From Nitrospirota bacterium (lineage in GTDB: Bacteria; Nitrospirota; UBA9217), in assembly GCA_963845065.1 (NCBI GenBank), contig CAWJQQ010000008.1:1-64000 (forward strand): a stretch of 64,000 nucleotides of DNA, given 5' to 3'. How positions within the stretch are numbered: position 1 is the stretch's first letter; each line of letters starts with the position of its first letter. This document shows, in pieces, positions 32,584-43,145 of this stretch. A model generated the notes under the pieces. That model was given only the letters and a program-made list of their open reading frames with translations, did no database searches and was not told where the DNA came from. The translations under genes and the position numbers were made by a program.

Positions 32584-33516
32584 ATGAGAATCGTGTATAT
32601 GGGAACGCCTCAGTTTGCCGTGAGTCCGCTCCGCGCTTTGGCTGCAGAAGGGTATGAGATTGCCGGCGTAGTCACACGGACCGATAAACCAGCAGGCAGG
32701 GGACGGAGCCTTATGGCTCCACCGGTCAAGAGTGCGGCAGTGAAGATGGGACTTCCCGTTTACCAGCCGAAACGCGTTCGGGAAGCGGTGTTCATCGATC
32801 AGCTGCAGTCGATCAGTCCCGAGGTTGTCATAGTTGCTGCCTATGGCCAAATTCTCCCCCGAGAGATCCTGACGCTGCCCAAGTTCGGATGCATCAATAT
32901 CCATGCCTCGCTCCTTCCATCCTACCGCGGTGCTGCACCTATTAACTGGGCGATCATCAAGGGAGAAGAGGAAACAGGTATCACGATCATGCAGATGGAC
33001 GAAGGGATGGATACGGGAGCAATCTTGATGCAGGAAAGAATCGTAATCGATCCTGCGGACACGGCAGGATCGATAACAGAGAGGCTCTCGACTGTTGGTG
33101 CTAGGCTGATCACGGCCGCCCTGCCGCTTATTGTGGACGGCAGACTCTTGCCATTACCGCAAAATGGTTCACGGGCAACATTGGCGCCACTTCTCAAAAA
33201 AGAAGACGGACTCATCGATTGGAATATTCCTGCTTACGATATCCATAATCGCATTCGGGGCCTATCTCCCTGGCCGGGTGCCTACACTTTTTTGGATGGA
33301 AAGATAATTAAAATCATCGCGGCCGAGGCTGTGAGCGGCACGGGCGAACCCGGGCTGCTGTACGAAAAGGACAAACAAACCCTTGAGACCGGAACCGGCA
33401 AGGGGCTGCTCCGCATCGTGAGCATTCAGCCCGAGGGAAAGAGGCCCATGACTGCAGGCGATTTTCTGCGCGGCCATCGCGAGCTCGTCGGGAAGAAGTT
33501 TTCTGTTTCACGCTAA
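32584..33516 (+). CDS. fmt: Methionyl-tRNA formyltransferase
   Basis: YMGTPQFA, NIHASLLPSYRGAAPI, MDEGMDTG. Confidence 0.97.
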   Translation: MRIVYMGTPQFAVSPLRALAAEGYEIAGVVTRTDKPAGRGRSLMAPPVKSAAVKMGLPVYQPKRVREAVFIDQLQSISPEVVIVAAYGQILPREILTLPKFGCINIHASLLPSYRGAAPINWAIIKGEEETGITIMQMDEGMDTGAILMQERIVIDPADTAGSITERLSTVGARLITAALPLIVDGRLLPLPQNGSRATLAPLLKKEDGLIDWNIPAYDIHNRIRGLSPWPGAYTFLDGKIIKIIAAEAVSGTGEPGLLYEKDKQTLETGTGKGLLRIVSIQPEGKRPMTAGDFLRGHRELVGKKFSVSR

Positions 33517-33553
33517 AACATTTTCAGCTCCGAACATTGAGATGTATTAAACC

Positions 33554-34333
33554 ATGTATGAACCAAAAAAACGCATCTTCATCGGTCTTATTGTCTTTAC
33601 GGTATTCCTGCTTGCCGCAATCACGGTAGGGCTCTATCTGATCCCCTACGTAGGGCTCAGGAACATCCATCCCCTTGCACCGGAAGTCGTGTTCATCACG
33701 ATGGGAGGGGCGCTGGGTACCCTGATCCTCGGCGTGGCGCTGCTCATACTAACCCTTATCCGCAGTAAGGAAATTTTCTTCGCTGCGCGGCTACGGGGGA
33801 TCGTGATCGAGGTACTCTTCCCGATCATGATCGTGGTAGGCAAGCTCCTGGGTATTTCGAAGGAAAAGATCCAGCAGTCCTTCGTGGAAGTGAACAACCT
33901 CTTGGTCATGGCCAAATGCAACGACAACAAGCCCCAGCGCATCCTGCTGCTTATGCCGCATTGTCTTCAGTTCAACGATTGTGCGATCAAGATCACGACC
34001 GACGCCAACAAATGTCAGGCTTGCGGTAAGTGTAAGATCAAAGACCTGGTCCTGCTCGCCAAGAAACATGACGTGCACCTTTCAGTTGCAACAGGCGGAA
34101 CGCTTGCGCGAAGACGGGTGGCGGAGGCAAAGCCCCAGGTGATAATTGCTGTGGCGTGCGAACGTGATTTGACCAGCGGTATTCAGGACGCCTACCCGCT
34201 CCCTGTAATCGGGATCCTGAACGAACGTCCTTTCGGGCCGTGCTTCAATACGAGCGTGGATATTTCCAAAGTTGCAGAAGCGCTCGAATTCCTTGCAAGC
34301 GGCCGCAAAGAACTTTGTGAGAGCAAGAGATAA
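33554..34333 (+). CDS. DUF116-family protein
   Basis: LLMPHCL, CQACGKC, ATGGTLAR, AVACERDL; between fmt and rsmB. Confidence 0.85.
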   Translation: MYEPKKRIFIGLIVFTVFLLAAITVGLYLIPYVGLRNIHPLAPEVVFITMGGALGTLILGVALLILTLIRSKEIFFAARLRGIVIEVLFPIMIVVGKLLGISKEKIQQSFVEVNNLLVMAKCNDNKPQRILLLMPHCLQFNDCAIKITTDANKCQACGKCKIKDLVLLAKKHDVHLSVATGGTLARRRVAEAKPQVIIAVACERDLTSGIQDAYPLPVIGILNERPFGPCFNTSVDISKVAEALEFLASGRKELCESKR

Positions 34334-35648
34334 ACCGAGAGAACAAGCACTTGTGATCCTTCGGAAGGTCGAGGACGGAGTGTTCGTTGACATGCTGCTC
34401 GACAAGGCGCGTGAATCGTTTGATGAGCGTGACAGCGCCTTTCTCCTGGTACTGGTATATGGAACACTTAGGAACCGGGCGAGGCTGGACTGGGTATTGA
34501 ACCAGTTCTCGGCGCAGCCGGTCGAGAAGACCGATGCCTGGACTCGGAATATCCTGAGGTTCGGCGCATACCAGATGTTGTTTCTCGATCGAGTTCCCAC
34601 GAGCGCAGCGGTCAATACGTCCACCGAGCTAGCAAAAATATATGGAAAAAAGCAGGGCTATGTAAACGGGCTACTCAGGAACCTGGATCGGATGAGGAGC
34701 TCGATTACTGAGCCCGGTTTCAACGACTTGTCAAAAAGGTTCGCTACTGTCTACTCCCATCCTGAGTGGGTTGTACGGCGCTGGTTGAATCGGTTCGGCG
34801 CGGAACAGGCCGAAATGTTGCTGAGCGGGAACAACCGAAACGCGCCGCTCGTCATTAGAACGAATACCCTCAAGACGACAAGGGATATGCTTATAGCGAC
34901 GCTCGCTGATCAAGGTGTCGATGCCGTTGCAACAGGCTTTTCTGAAACGGGGCTTGAGATCATCTCATCCCCGACCATCCGCACGCTTGAGGCCTATCAG
35001 CAGGGACTATTCATAGTGCAAGATCAGGCTGCTCAGCTGGTCAGCCTGATGCTTTCTCCGAAACCAGGCGAAACTGTCTTGGACGCATGCGCGGCGCCCG
35101 GGGGCAAAACAACGCATCTTGCCGAACTAATGCAAAATTGCGGTATGATCGTTGCGCTCGATCAGGATGCAACTCGGATGATTAGGATCGACGAGAACAG
35201 CCGTCGGCTTGGCTGTAAGATCGTGTTACCTGCGATAGGAGATGCGGCGCTGTATCAACAGGGTAGGTACGATAAAATTTTAATCGATGCACCGTGCTCC
35301 GGGCTCGGTGTGCTCCGGCGGCACCCGGATGGAAGGTGGAATAAGAGTGAGCGAACGATTCGGGACCGTTCGGCAGTACAGCGTCTTATTATTGAAAATT
35401 GTGCACAACTTCTTCATCCGGGAGGCGTCCTCGTCTACGCCACGTGTACAACAGAGCCAGAAGAAAATGAAGATATTATTTCTTCCTTTCTTTCCCTGGA
35501 AGGGAAATCGTTCGTCATCGATGATCCCAGTCCCTATTTACCAAAAGCCGCAAAAGGGTTGGTGGATGATCACGGGTTCCTCCATACCTACCCGAAGGCC
35601 TCCACGATGGATGGGTTCTGTGCTGTCAGAATGATGAAAAAAACTTAG
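34317..35648 (+). CDS. rsmB: 16S rRNA m5C967 methyltransferase
   Basis: NusB-like N-terminus, VQDQAA, DACAAPGGKT, DAPCSGLG, YATCT. Confidence 0.93.
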   Translation: MRARDKPREQALVILRKVEDGVFVDMLLDKARESFDERDSAFLLVLVYGTLRNRARLDWVLNQFSAQPVEKTDAWTRNILRFGAYQMLFLDRVPTSAAVNTSTELAKIYGKKQGYVNGLLRNLDRMRSSITEPGFNDLSKRFATVYSHPEWVVRRWLNRFGAEQAEMLLSGNNRNAPLVIRTNTLKTTRDMLIATLADQGVDAVATGFSETGLEIISSPTIRTLEAYQQGLFIVQDQAAQLVSLMLSPKPGETVLDACAAPGGKTTHLAELMQNCGMIVALDQDATRMIRIDENSRRLGCKIVLPAIGDAALYQQGRYDKILIDAPCSGLGVLRRHPDGRWNKSERTIRDRSAVQRLIIENCAQLLHPGGVLVYATCTTEPEENEDIISSFLSLEGKSFVIDDPSPYLPKAAKGLVDDHGFLHTYPKASTMDGFCAVRMMKKT

Positions 35649-35766
35649 GGTCAACGGCTGCAGATTGAAAAGCAAGAGATTGAATGCCCCTGTCGCAGGA
35701 TTCTCCCGCTTGGTGTTTAGAAGTTCTTGCATCCTACCTGCAGTATGGTACTATATAGGCTCTCAC

Positions 35767-36483
35767 ATGAAGCGGTTTTTGAAAGGACTTGGTATATTTA
35801 TAACCCTCATCGGTGTCGGCATCGCAAGCGCCTTCGCCGTCGTGGCGTTGCTCATGCATCAGGAAGAGGTGCGCGTGCCGGACCTTACAGGCCAGGACAT
35901 CGTGTCCGTGATCGAGACCGTCGCGCAACAAGGTTTGCAACTTAAGGTTGACCGTCGTGAACCCAATCCCACGCTGCCACGGGATGTTGTCGTGTCCCAA
36001 TCGCCTGCGCCGGGGAGTGGGATAAAAAAGGGTCGGCAGGTTCATGTCATCGTGAGCCAGGGGCCGAGCGACCTACTTGCGCCGAAAGTTGTGGGAGAAC
36101 ATTTTCGTAAGGCCGATATCATGGTAAGGCAGTCCGGCTTCATTCCCGGGGACATCTCACGTGTCTATTCGGACTCCGTGGACCGGGGCCTGATAATAGC
36201 GCAGTACCCGCAGTTCGGGAGTCCGATCGAGAAGGGTGGTACGATCTGCATGCTGGTGAGTTCCGGCAAAAAAATCGATCTTCTCGTAATGCCGAAGCTT
36301 GTGGGGAAAAAAGCCGAGGAGGCACTCAGGATCGTCGATCGGCTGGAATTGCAGCATCGGGTTATTACCCGGGCCTTTAGTGACCGGCATTCGGGAACAG
36401 ATGGAATCGTCATCAGCCAGAAGCCCGGAGCAGGGTATCCTGTTTCTGCCGATGCCACGGTAGATATCGTGGTAAACAAATGA
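35767..36483 (+). CDS. PASTA domain protein
   Basis: N-terminal TM and three PASTA repeats (VPDLTG, SQSPAPG, MPKLVG). Confidence 0.88.
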   Translation: MKRFLKGLGIFITLIGVGIASAFAVVALLMHQEEVRVPDLTGQDIVSVIETVAQQGLQLKVDRREPNPTLPRDVVVSQSPAPGSGIKKGRQVHVIVSQGPSDLLAPKVVGEHFRKADIMVRQSGFIPGDISRVYSDSVDRGLIIAQYPQFGSPIEKGGTICMLVSSGKKIDLLVMPKLVGKKAEEALRIVDRLELQHRVITRAFSDRHSGTDGIVISQKPGAGYPVSADATVDIVVNK

Positions 36484-36658
36484 AATTGCAAGCTGAAGAG
36501 TATCCACTAAGACACCATTGCTGTTGCCGCAACGCGTGTGTAGACAAGAACAGGGGAGCGGATAACAGCAGCATTTCTCTGAAGACCCATTAAGCCAATC
36601 TGTGTGCAACCGATTCTCTGTTATTAAGCCTTATTTGTATTCGGCAGGTGGAAAAGTT

Positions 36659-37318
36659 ATGACAAGAAAAATTAAGGTGGCCCCCTCGATTCTCTCTGCA
36701 GATTTTTCCCGTCTTGGGGAGGAGATCAGGGCTGTGGAGTTAGCAGGCGCGGACATAATCCACGTCGATGTAATGGACGGCCACTTCGTGCCGAACATTA
36801 CCATCGGTCCGTTGATTGTGGAGGCCGCCCGCAGATCCACCAAGTTGCCGCTTGATGTGCACCTCATGATTTCCAACCCAGAACTGTTTATTTCTGATTT
36901 TGCCAAGGCGGGGGCTGATTATATTACCGTGCATGTCGAAACCGCGTACCACCTGAACAGGCTCGTGCAGTCCATCAAGGAACACTCCGGCGTGAAGGCC
37001 TCCGTATCGCTCAATCCGGCGACTCCACTCTCCAGTCTGGACTATATCCTGGCTGACGTCGATATGGTTCTGATTATGTCCGTCAACCCCGGCTTCGGTG
37101 GGCAGGCTTTCATCCCTTCGGCGTTGGACAAGATTGCCAAGCTCAGGAAGCGGATCGACGACCTCGGTCTTTCTGTCGAGATAGAAGTGGACGGCGGCGT
37201 GAAGCCAGAAAACGTGGCAGCCATCATCAATGCCGGCGCTGACATCCTTGTCGCCGGCTCTGCTATATTCAGCAAAAAAGACTACGGCGCCGTTATCAGG
37301 GGACTCAGGGGAAATTAG
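36659..37318 (+). CDS. rpe: Ribulose-phosphate 3-epimerase
   Basis: [35 protein letters not shown]. Confidence 0.97.
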   Translation: MTRKIKVAPSILSADFSRLGEEIRAVELAGADIIHVDVMDGHFVPNITIGPLIVEAARRSTKLPLDVHLMISNPELFISDFAKAGADYITVHVETAYHLNRLVQSIKEHSGVKASVSLNPATPLSSLDYILADVDMVLIMSVNPGFGGQAFIPSALDKIAKLRKRIDDLGLSVEIEVDGGVKPENVAAIINAGADILVAGSAIFSKKDYGAVIRGLRGN

Positions 37319-37377
37319 GGAATTAGTATGGTGCACATCGGGTTTTTACAATGATCTGATATTGGCAGGAGGCCGCA

Positions 37378-39165
37378 TTGACCATCAAAAGGCAGTCAAT
37401 AAAAATACCATTCGATCTTAAGAATGTTTCTGAGCCGGTGCTCTACCGCGAAGTGTTTCCCTATACGAGTGTTCCCCGGGTCGTCTTCGAGGACAGACTG
37501 ATCCAGACCAACATCCCAAAGGACATCTGGATTACGGACACGACGTTCCGCGATGGACAACAGTCCCGGCCACCGTATACTCCCAAGCAGATCGTGGATA
37601 TTTTTGATTTCCTGCACCGGATGAGCGGTCCGAACGGTGTGATCCGCCAGACCGAGTTTTTCCTTTATTCGGAAAAGGACCGCGAGGCATTGCGGCTCTG
37701 CAGGGAGCGCGGTTACCGGTATCCCGAAATTACGGGCTGGATCCGGGCTAACAAGAACGACTTCAAACTCGTCAAAGAGGTGGGACTCAAGGAAACAGGC
37801 ATCCTCACCTCCTGCTCGGACTACCACATCTTCCTGAAACTCAACCTGTCCCGGCAAGAGGCGCTGAGAGCGTATCTCGAAATCGTTATAACAGCTCTTG
37901 ATCAGGGCATCATTCCGCGTTGCCATCTCGAAGATATTACGCGGGCGGACTTCTACGGTTTCGTCATCCCCTTTGCTCAGGAGCTTATGAGGCTGTCGGA
38001 ATCGTCGAAGGTTCCGATCAAGATCAGGGCTTGCGATACCATGGGCTATGGCTTCCCCTTCCCCGGGACGGCGCTACCTCGCGGAGTTCCAGAAATTTTC
38101 TACGCCCTCATCCACGACGGCGGTGTACCATCGGAGCAGCTTGAGTGGCACGGCCATAATGATTTTCACAAAGGGCTCATCAACGGCGTCGCTGCATGGA
38201 TGTACGGCTGCGCGTCGGTGAACGGCGCTCTTCTCGGGTTCGGCGAGCGCACGGGCAATACACCCGTCGAGGCCATGCTTATCGATTACATCAGTCTCAC
38301 CGGGAACGATGGTGGGATTGACACCGCTGCAATTACAGAGATGTCGGAATATTTCAGGAGTGAATTAAATTTCCCGATCCCCGCCAATTATCCCTTCGTA
38401 GGCGCGGAGTTCAACTCAACGAGTGCAGGTATCCATGCCGACGGCATGATGAAGAACGAAGAGATATACAATATCTTCGACACGTCTAAGATATTGAAGC
38501 GTCCCATGGGAGTCATCATCACGGACAAGTCGGGGATAGCAGGTATAGCCCACTGGGTGAACAGCCATTTGCACCTCGACTCGGACAAGAAGATCGACAA
38601 GCGGCACCCGGGCCTTGCCAAGATGAACAAGTGGGTGTTGGAGATTTACGAGCAAGGCAGGACCACGAGCATCTCCCATGAAGAATTGCTTGAAAAAGCA
38701 AAGAAGTATCTGCCCGAGTATTTTACCTCCGACCTCGATAAACTGAAGAAAAAGGCGCAGGAAATATCGCTTCACCTTGTAGAAGGGATGGTGGAGAGCA
38801 ACCAGATGCGCTCCATGAACAATGCGAAGCAGGAAACGGTCATGCAAAAACTTCTGGTCGAGAATCCATTCATCCAATTTGCCTATGTGGTGAATGGAGA
38901 TGGTAAGAAGACTACGAAGAATATTACCCAGATCCAGTACAAGGCCCAGTTCGAGCACTCGGGTCTCGGCGACAACTTCTCAGACCGTCCCTGGTTTATC
39001 AATCCCATAGCGGATGGCAAGAGTTTTGTGTCCGATTTTTATACGTCGAAGATTACTGGCGCGCTCTGCATCACTGTGTCTGCGCCTATAAGCTCGGAAA
39101 CGGGCGGCGTAGTCGGGGTGTTCGGCGTGGATATCAGATTCGAGGACCTCGTCAGAGCGGAATAA
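37378..39165 (+). CDS. DRE-TIM metallolyase, Re-citrate synthase-like, with C-terminal Cache/PDC-like domain
   Basis: ITDTTFRDGQQ, RCHLEDITRAD, EWHGHNDF, GERTGN, TSAGIHADG; C-terminus DRPWF...FYTSKITGALCITVSAPI...GVFGVDI. Confidence 0.8.
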   Translation: MTIKRQSIKIPFDLKNVSEPVLYREVFPYTSVPRVVFEDRLIQTNIPKDIWITDTTFRDGQQSRPPYTPKQIVDIFDFLHRMSGPNGVIRQTEFFLYSEKDREALRLCRERGYRYPEITGWIRANKNDFKLVKEVGLKETGILTSCSDYHIFLKLNLSRQEALRAYLEIVITALDQGIIPRCHLEDITRADFYGFVIPFAQELMRLSESSKVPIKIRACDTMGYGFPFPGTALPRGVPEIFYALIHDGGVPSEQLEWHGHNDFHKGLINGVAAWMYGCASVNGALLGFGERTGNTPVEAMLIDYISLTGNDGGIDTAAITEMSEYFRSELNFPIPANYPFVGAEFNSTSAGIHADGMMKNEEIYNIFDTSKILKRPMGVIITDKSGIAGIAHWVNSHLHLDSDKKIDKRHPGLAKMNKWVLEIYEQGRTTSISHEELLEKAKKYLPEYFTSDLDKLKKKAQEISLHLVEGMVESNQMRSMNNAKQETVMQKLLVENPFIQFAYVVNGDGKKTTKNITQIQYKAQFEHSGLGDNFSDRPWFINPIADGKSFVSDFYTSKITGALCITVSAPISSETGGVVGVFGVDIRFEDLVRAE

Positions 39166-39381
39166 TTAGTCACTCAGGGGCGAGTGTGCTCAATGCTGAC
39201 CGCTTGTCTAATCCTTTTTCATTATTTCTTTCTCAATTCTTTCCTCCCGTGTACTCATCGCACCAAAAGCTAAACACAATACAGGTATTTAGCAGGATCG
39301 CTGCTTTATCCTGCACTTACGTGAATGAATCAGGCATATGTGCTAATGTTGAAGGCGGGACGGAACTCTGCTCCGTGGAGA

Positions 39382-39465
39382 CGGCTCGGACTTGCCTTGG
39401 TTTATGGCATCACCAAACAGCACGAAGGCCTCATCCACGTCTAAAGCGAAGAAGGTAAAGGCACG
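39382..39465 (+). pseudogene. Histidine kinase HATPase C-terminal fragment
   Basis: Reads RLGLALVYGITKQHEGLIHV*SEEGKGT, the G2-box/HxG region, with TAA at 39442. Confidence 0.65.
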
Positions 39466-39743
39466 AAAAAGGCCTCAATTTCATCCTGGAATCTGCTCCC
39501 ATGAATGATCTTCTGAGAAAGATGAGGAGCATCCTCGATAGTTGAAGTATTCATTGGCGGCGGCCTGACCAGCCGACTTTTCTCCACAATAATCTAGATA
39601 ATTTCTATTATGGTATGATTTGTCCCAGGTGGTTTTTCCCGCGTGCATGGTGATGTTCTGATGATACAATTACGTTCCTTTCGTTCCTGCGAAGCAATTT
39701 TATTTGCTTTGCCCTGCGAATGCAAGAATAGTATAATCCCCTC

Positions 39744-41501
39744 ATGTTACGAAAGCTGAGAGAAAAAAACGAAGCGCTGCTTGCCGCGGAGCGCGGGACC
39801 GTGTATAAAGTGCAGGGTGCGGAGGTATCTGTGGCACTCGCGTACCCGAACGTTTACCACGTCGGCATGTCAAACCTCGGCATGCATCAGATATACTCCA
39901 TTCTGAACAACCGGGCGGACACGGTATGCGAGAGGGTTTTCTTGCCCGAAGAAGAAGATATCAAAGACTATGTCGAAACAGGTACGCGCCTGTTCAGCAT
40001 GGAAAGTATGAGTCAGGTAAAAGAGTTCGATATACTGGCATTTTCGGTTTCCTTTGAGCAGGATTATCTCAACATTTTGGAAATACTTCGGCTTTCCAAC
40101 ATACCTCTGAATAAGGAAGAGAGATCTAATGACGATCCGCTCGTGATACTCGGAGGAATTTGCTCATTCTTCAATCCGGAGCCACTGGCAGACTTTATTG
40201 ATTGCATTCTTATCGGCGAAGGAGAAGAAGTTGCAGGCGAGTTCATTGACATCTATAAGGCAAACCGCGCGCAAGGCAAACAAAGACTTCTCAGAGTTTT
40301 ATGCGGGGTTCCCGGCGTGTACGTGCCAGAGTTTTATCATGTCCTCTATAAGGAGGATGGAACGATCAAAGAAAGGAAGAACCTTGATCAATCGGCCCCG
40401 CAGCATATCGTCAAACGGAGTGTCAGGGATTTCAACAGATCGTCTGCCTCGACCGTAATTTTCACGCCCCAAACCGAGTTCAGCAGCATGTATCTTTCGG
40501 AGATTACCCGGGGATGCGGCAGGCACTGCCGGTTCTGTATGGCAGGATACATCTATCTCCCGCCTCGCAATCTCAGCATTGAACAGGCGCAAGCGCAGGC
40601 GAAGAAAGCCAACGCACTATGCAACAAGATTGGTCTCGTAGGCGCCGCGATATCGGATTATCCCGACATCGGTGCACTGTGTTCTGTGATAACCGGAGAT
40701 GTATCGGTTTCATCGCTCCGGGCTGACTCAATAAGCGAAGCACTGATCGACCGGCTGGCAAAGAGCGGGCAGAAAACCATCGCAATCGCGCCTGAGGCAG
40801 GCTCCGAGAGGCTCCGGAATGTCATTAATAAAGGAATCACGGAAGACGACCTTCTTCGAGCCGCAGGCATGGTATTCGGGGGCGGTATTCTCAATCTCAA
40901 GCTCTACTTCATCATCGGACTGCCCACGGAGACGCAGGAAGACGTGGATGCCATCGTTGCGCTTGCCGAGAAAATACGCGAGATCCAGCTTAGGCACGCC
41001 AGGTCCCAGGGCAGGATCGGCCGAGTCACGCTTTCCGTGAACTCCTTTGTGCCGAAACCATTCACACCCTTCCAGTGGGAACCGATGGAAGCAATAGAGA
41101 GCCTGAATAGGAAGCAGCGGAATCTGGAGAAAGCTGTCAGGAAAATTAGCAATATGAATATTATTCATGACTTGCCGAAATGGGAGTATATTCAAGCATT
41201 GCTTTCGCGAGGAGACCGGCGTCTCGGTGCGCTTATCAGGCATGCTCATGCGCAAGGTGGAGATTGGAGGAAGGCAGCGAAGGAAATCGACATGACGATG
41301 GATTTTTATGTCTCCCGCAAGCGTGAATTCAACGAAGCCCTTCCCTGGGATTTTATTGACATCGGAGTGAGAAAAGAATATCTTAGAAATGAATATGAAC
41401 GCGCGCTCGAAGGCAAGTTTACGCCACCCTGCAGAGTCGGTTTCTGTAAAACCTGCGGCGTCTGTAAGTTGGAAGAGACCAGAGAAGGCGCGGATTTATA
41501 G
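39744..41501 (+). CDS. B12-binding radical SAM protein (TIGR03960-like)
   Basis: YPNVYHVGMSNLG, RGCGRHCRFC, APEAGSERLR, FVPKPFTPFQW, C-terminal CxxCGVC. Confidence 0.88.
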   Translation: MLRKLREKNEALLAAERGTVYKVQGAEVSVALAYPNVYHVGMSNLGMHQIYSILNNRADTVCERVFLPEEEDIKDYVETGTRLFSMESMSQVKEFDILAFSVSFEQDYLNILEILRLSNIPLNKEERSNDDPLVILGGICSFFNPEPLADFIDCILIGEGEEVAGEFIDIYKANRAQGKQRLLRVLCGVPGVYVPEFYHVLYKEDGTIKERKNLDQSAPQHIVKRSVRDFNRSSASTVIFTPQTEFSSMYLSEITRGCGRHCRFCMAGYIYLPPRNLSIEQAQAQAKKANALCNKIGLVGAAISDYPDIGALCSVITGDVSVSSLRADSISEALIDRLAKSGQKTIAIAPEAGSERLRNVINKGITEDDLLRAAGMVFGGGILNLKLYFIIGLPTETQEDVDAIVALAEKIREIQLRHARSQGRIGRVTLSVNSFVPKPFTPFQWEPMEAIESLNRKQRNLEKAVRKISNMNIIHDLPKWEYIQALLSRGDRRLGALIRHAHAQGGDWRKAAKEIDMTMDFYVSRKREFNEALPWDFIDIGVRKEYLRNEYERALEGKFTPPCRVGFCKTCGVCKLEETREGADL

Positions 41502-41503
41502 GT

Positions 41504-42295
41504 ATGAAAACTGATAATAAGCAATTATTCGAGACAATAACGACAAAGGATATTCGCTATCTGAGAATTCCTGCTTTCGAACGGACAGGCAGGATTCTTC
41601 ACGCAATTACTACGAGGTATAATAATCTCGGCGAGCGAAATGGCGGGATCAAGACGGCTAGCGACTGGTGCACCGTTGCAGATGCCTTCGGAATGAGTCC
41701 GGAGAGGCTCATAACCGTTAATCAGGTTCACGGGGAAATAATTGCACGGGTCGATGCTCAGGGATGGATAAACGGCACGATCAAGCCGAGGACAGTCGAG
41801 GCCGATGCCATAATCACCAATGCGCCGGGGATCGCGATCTGCATCGAGACTGCCGACTGCGTTCCGGTGCTTCTGTTTGATCCCGGGATACCTGCTGTCG
41901 CCGCAATTCATGCAGGCTGGCGGAGTTCAGTCAGGAAAATCGTCGATAAGACTGTGGCCAGAATGAACATAGAATTCGGATCCTGCCCCAAGCGCATACT
42001 TGCGGTAATCGGTCCGGCAATCGGGCCAGAATGTTACGAGGTTGATGAGCCTGTAATGGGGCCGGTACGTGAAGCCTTTTCGCACTGGGAGGAGATCGCA
42101 ATACCTCGCGGCAAAGGCCGGTGGGGCCTTGACTTGGTGAAAGCGAATACGCGAGAGCTGCTGAAGATTGGTCTTTTGGAAGAGAATGTCCATACTTTAG
42201 GACTCTGCACATCGTGCCGTAAAGATTTGTTCTATTCTTTTCGTACTGAGGGCAGGACAGGCAGGATGCTTTCGATGATCATGATCAGAGCCTGA
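41504..42295 (+). CDS. pgeF: Peptidoglycan editing factor PgeF (YfiH)
   Basis: QVHG, TADCVPVL, AIHAGWR, GPAIGPECYEV, FYSFR. Confidence 0.92.
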   Translation: MKTDNKQLFETITTKDIRYLRIPAFERTGRILHAITTRYNNLGERNGGIKTASDWCTVADAFGMSPERLITVNQVHGEIIARVDAQGWINGTIKPRTVEADAIITNAPGIAICIETADCVPVLLFDPGIPAVAAIHAGWRSSVRKIVDKTVARMNIEFGSCPKRILAVIGPAIGPECYEVDEPVMGPVREAFSHWEEIAIPRGKGRWGLDLVKANTRELLKIGLLEENVHTLGLCTSCRKDLFYSFRTEGRTGRMLSMIMIRA

Positions 42296-42390
42296 ATGAT
42301 TGACACAAAAGGAAACAGAGATAACCTAAAAATGCTTGATTTAACCATAGGCTGATCAGTGTAAGTCAGTGCGAAGTTTTTTTGTTTTAT

Positions 42391-43077
42391 ATGCCGATCG
42401 CGGACAATTTTAATGCAATAATGAGTAGGATCGCTGCTGCAGCAAAGCGTTCGGGGCGCGAGCCTTCTTCGGTTAAGCTGATTGTGGTAACCAAGACTGT
42501 AGACGTCGAAAGAATCCAGAAGGCCGTTTCTGCTGGTGCAACTATCCTCGGCGAGAACCGTGTGCAGGAAGCGAAAGAGAAAATTGAGAAACTCGGCCCA
42601 GTAGCCCAGTGGCACTTGATCGGCCGCCTTCAAACTAACAAGGCTAAGTACGCAGTAAAACTTTTTAATTTGATTCATTCGGTAGACAGCTTAGAGCTTG
42701 CGCACGAACTTGACAAACAAGCGGTGAAATTTGGCAAAATTCAAGATGTCTTGATAGAGGTGAGCATCGCGGGAGAGGTGAGGAAGGCTGGAGTTGCAAT
42801 GCAAGATGTAGTAGCCTTTGTTCGAGAAGCGGCGATGCTTAAAAATATTTCGATCAAAGGTCTCATGACCATTCCACCTCTTCTGGACGATCCCGAAGCT
42901 GTGCGGCCTTATTTCCGGATGCTGAGAGAATTGGCAGTGAACATTGCAAAAGAAAATATTCCTCGCCTGTCTATGCAGGAATTCTCAATGGGTATGAGCG
43001 GAGATTTTGAGGTGGCCATTGAAGAGGGCGCAACTATGGTGCGGGTGGGCACGGCAATTTTTGGTGGTAGAATATAG
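42391..43077 (+). CDS. yggS: YggS PLP homeostasis protein
   Basis: VVTKT, GENRVQE, WHLIGRLQTNK, SMGMSGDF, MVRVGTAIFG. Confidence 0.95.
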   Translation: MPIADNFNAIMSRIAAAAKRSGREPSSVKLIVVTKTVDVERIQKAVSAGATILGENRVQEAKEKIEKLGPVAQWHLIGRLQTNKAKYAVKLFNLIHSVDSLELAHELDKQAVKFGKIQDVLIEVSIAGEVRKAGVAMQDVVAFVREAAMLKNISIKGLMTIPPLLDDPEAVRPYFRMLRELAVNIAKENIPRLSMQEFSMGMSGDFEVAIEEGATMVRVGTAIFGGRI

Positions 43078-43145
43078 CGTTTCGGAATGCAAACTGCGGA
43101 TTGCTAAGTGAAATAGGTAACGTCGAGGTATATGGTGGGAGGGCT

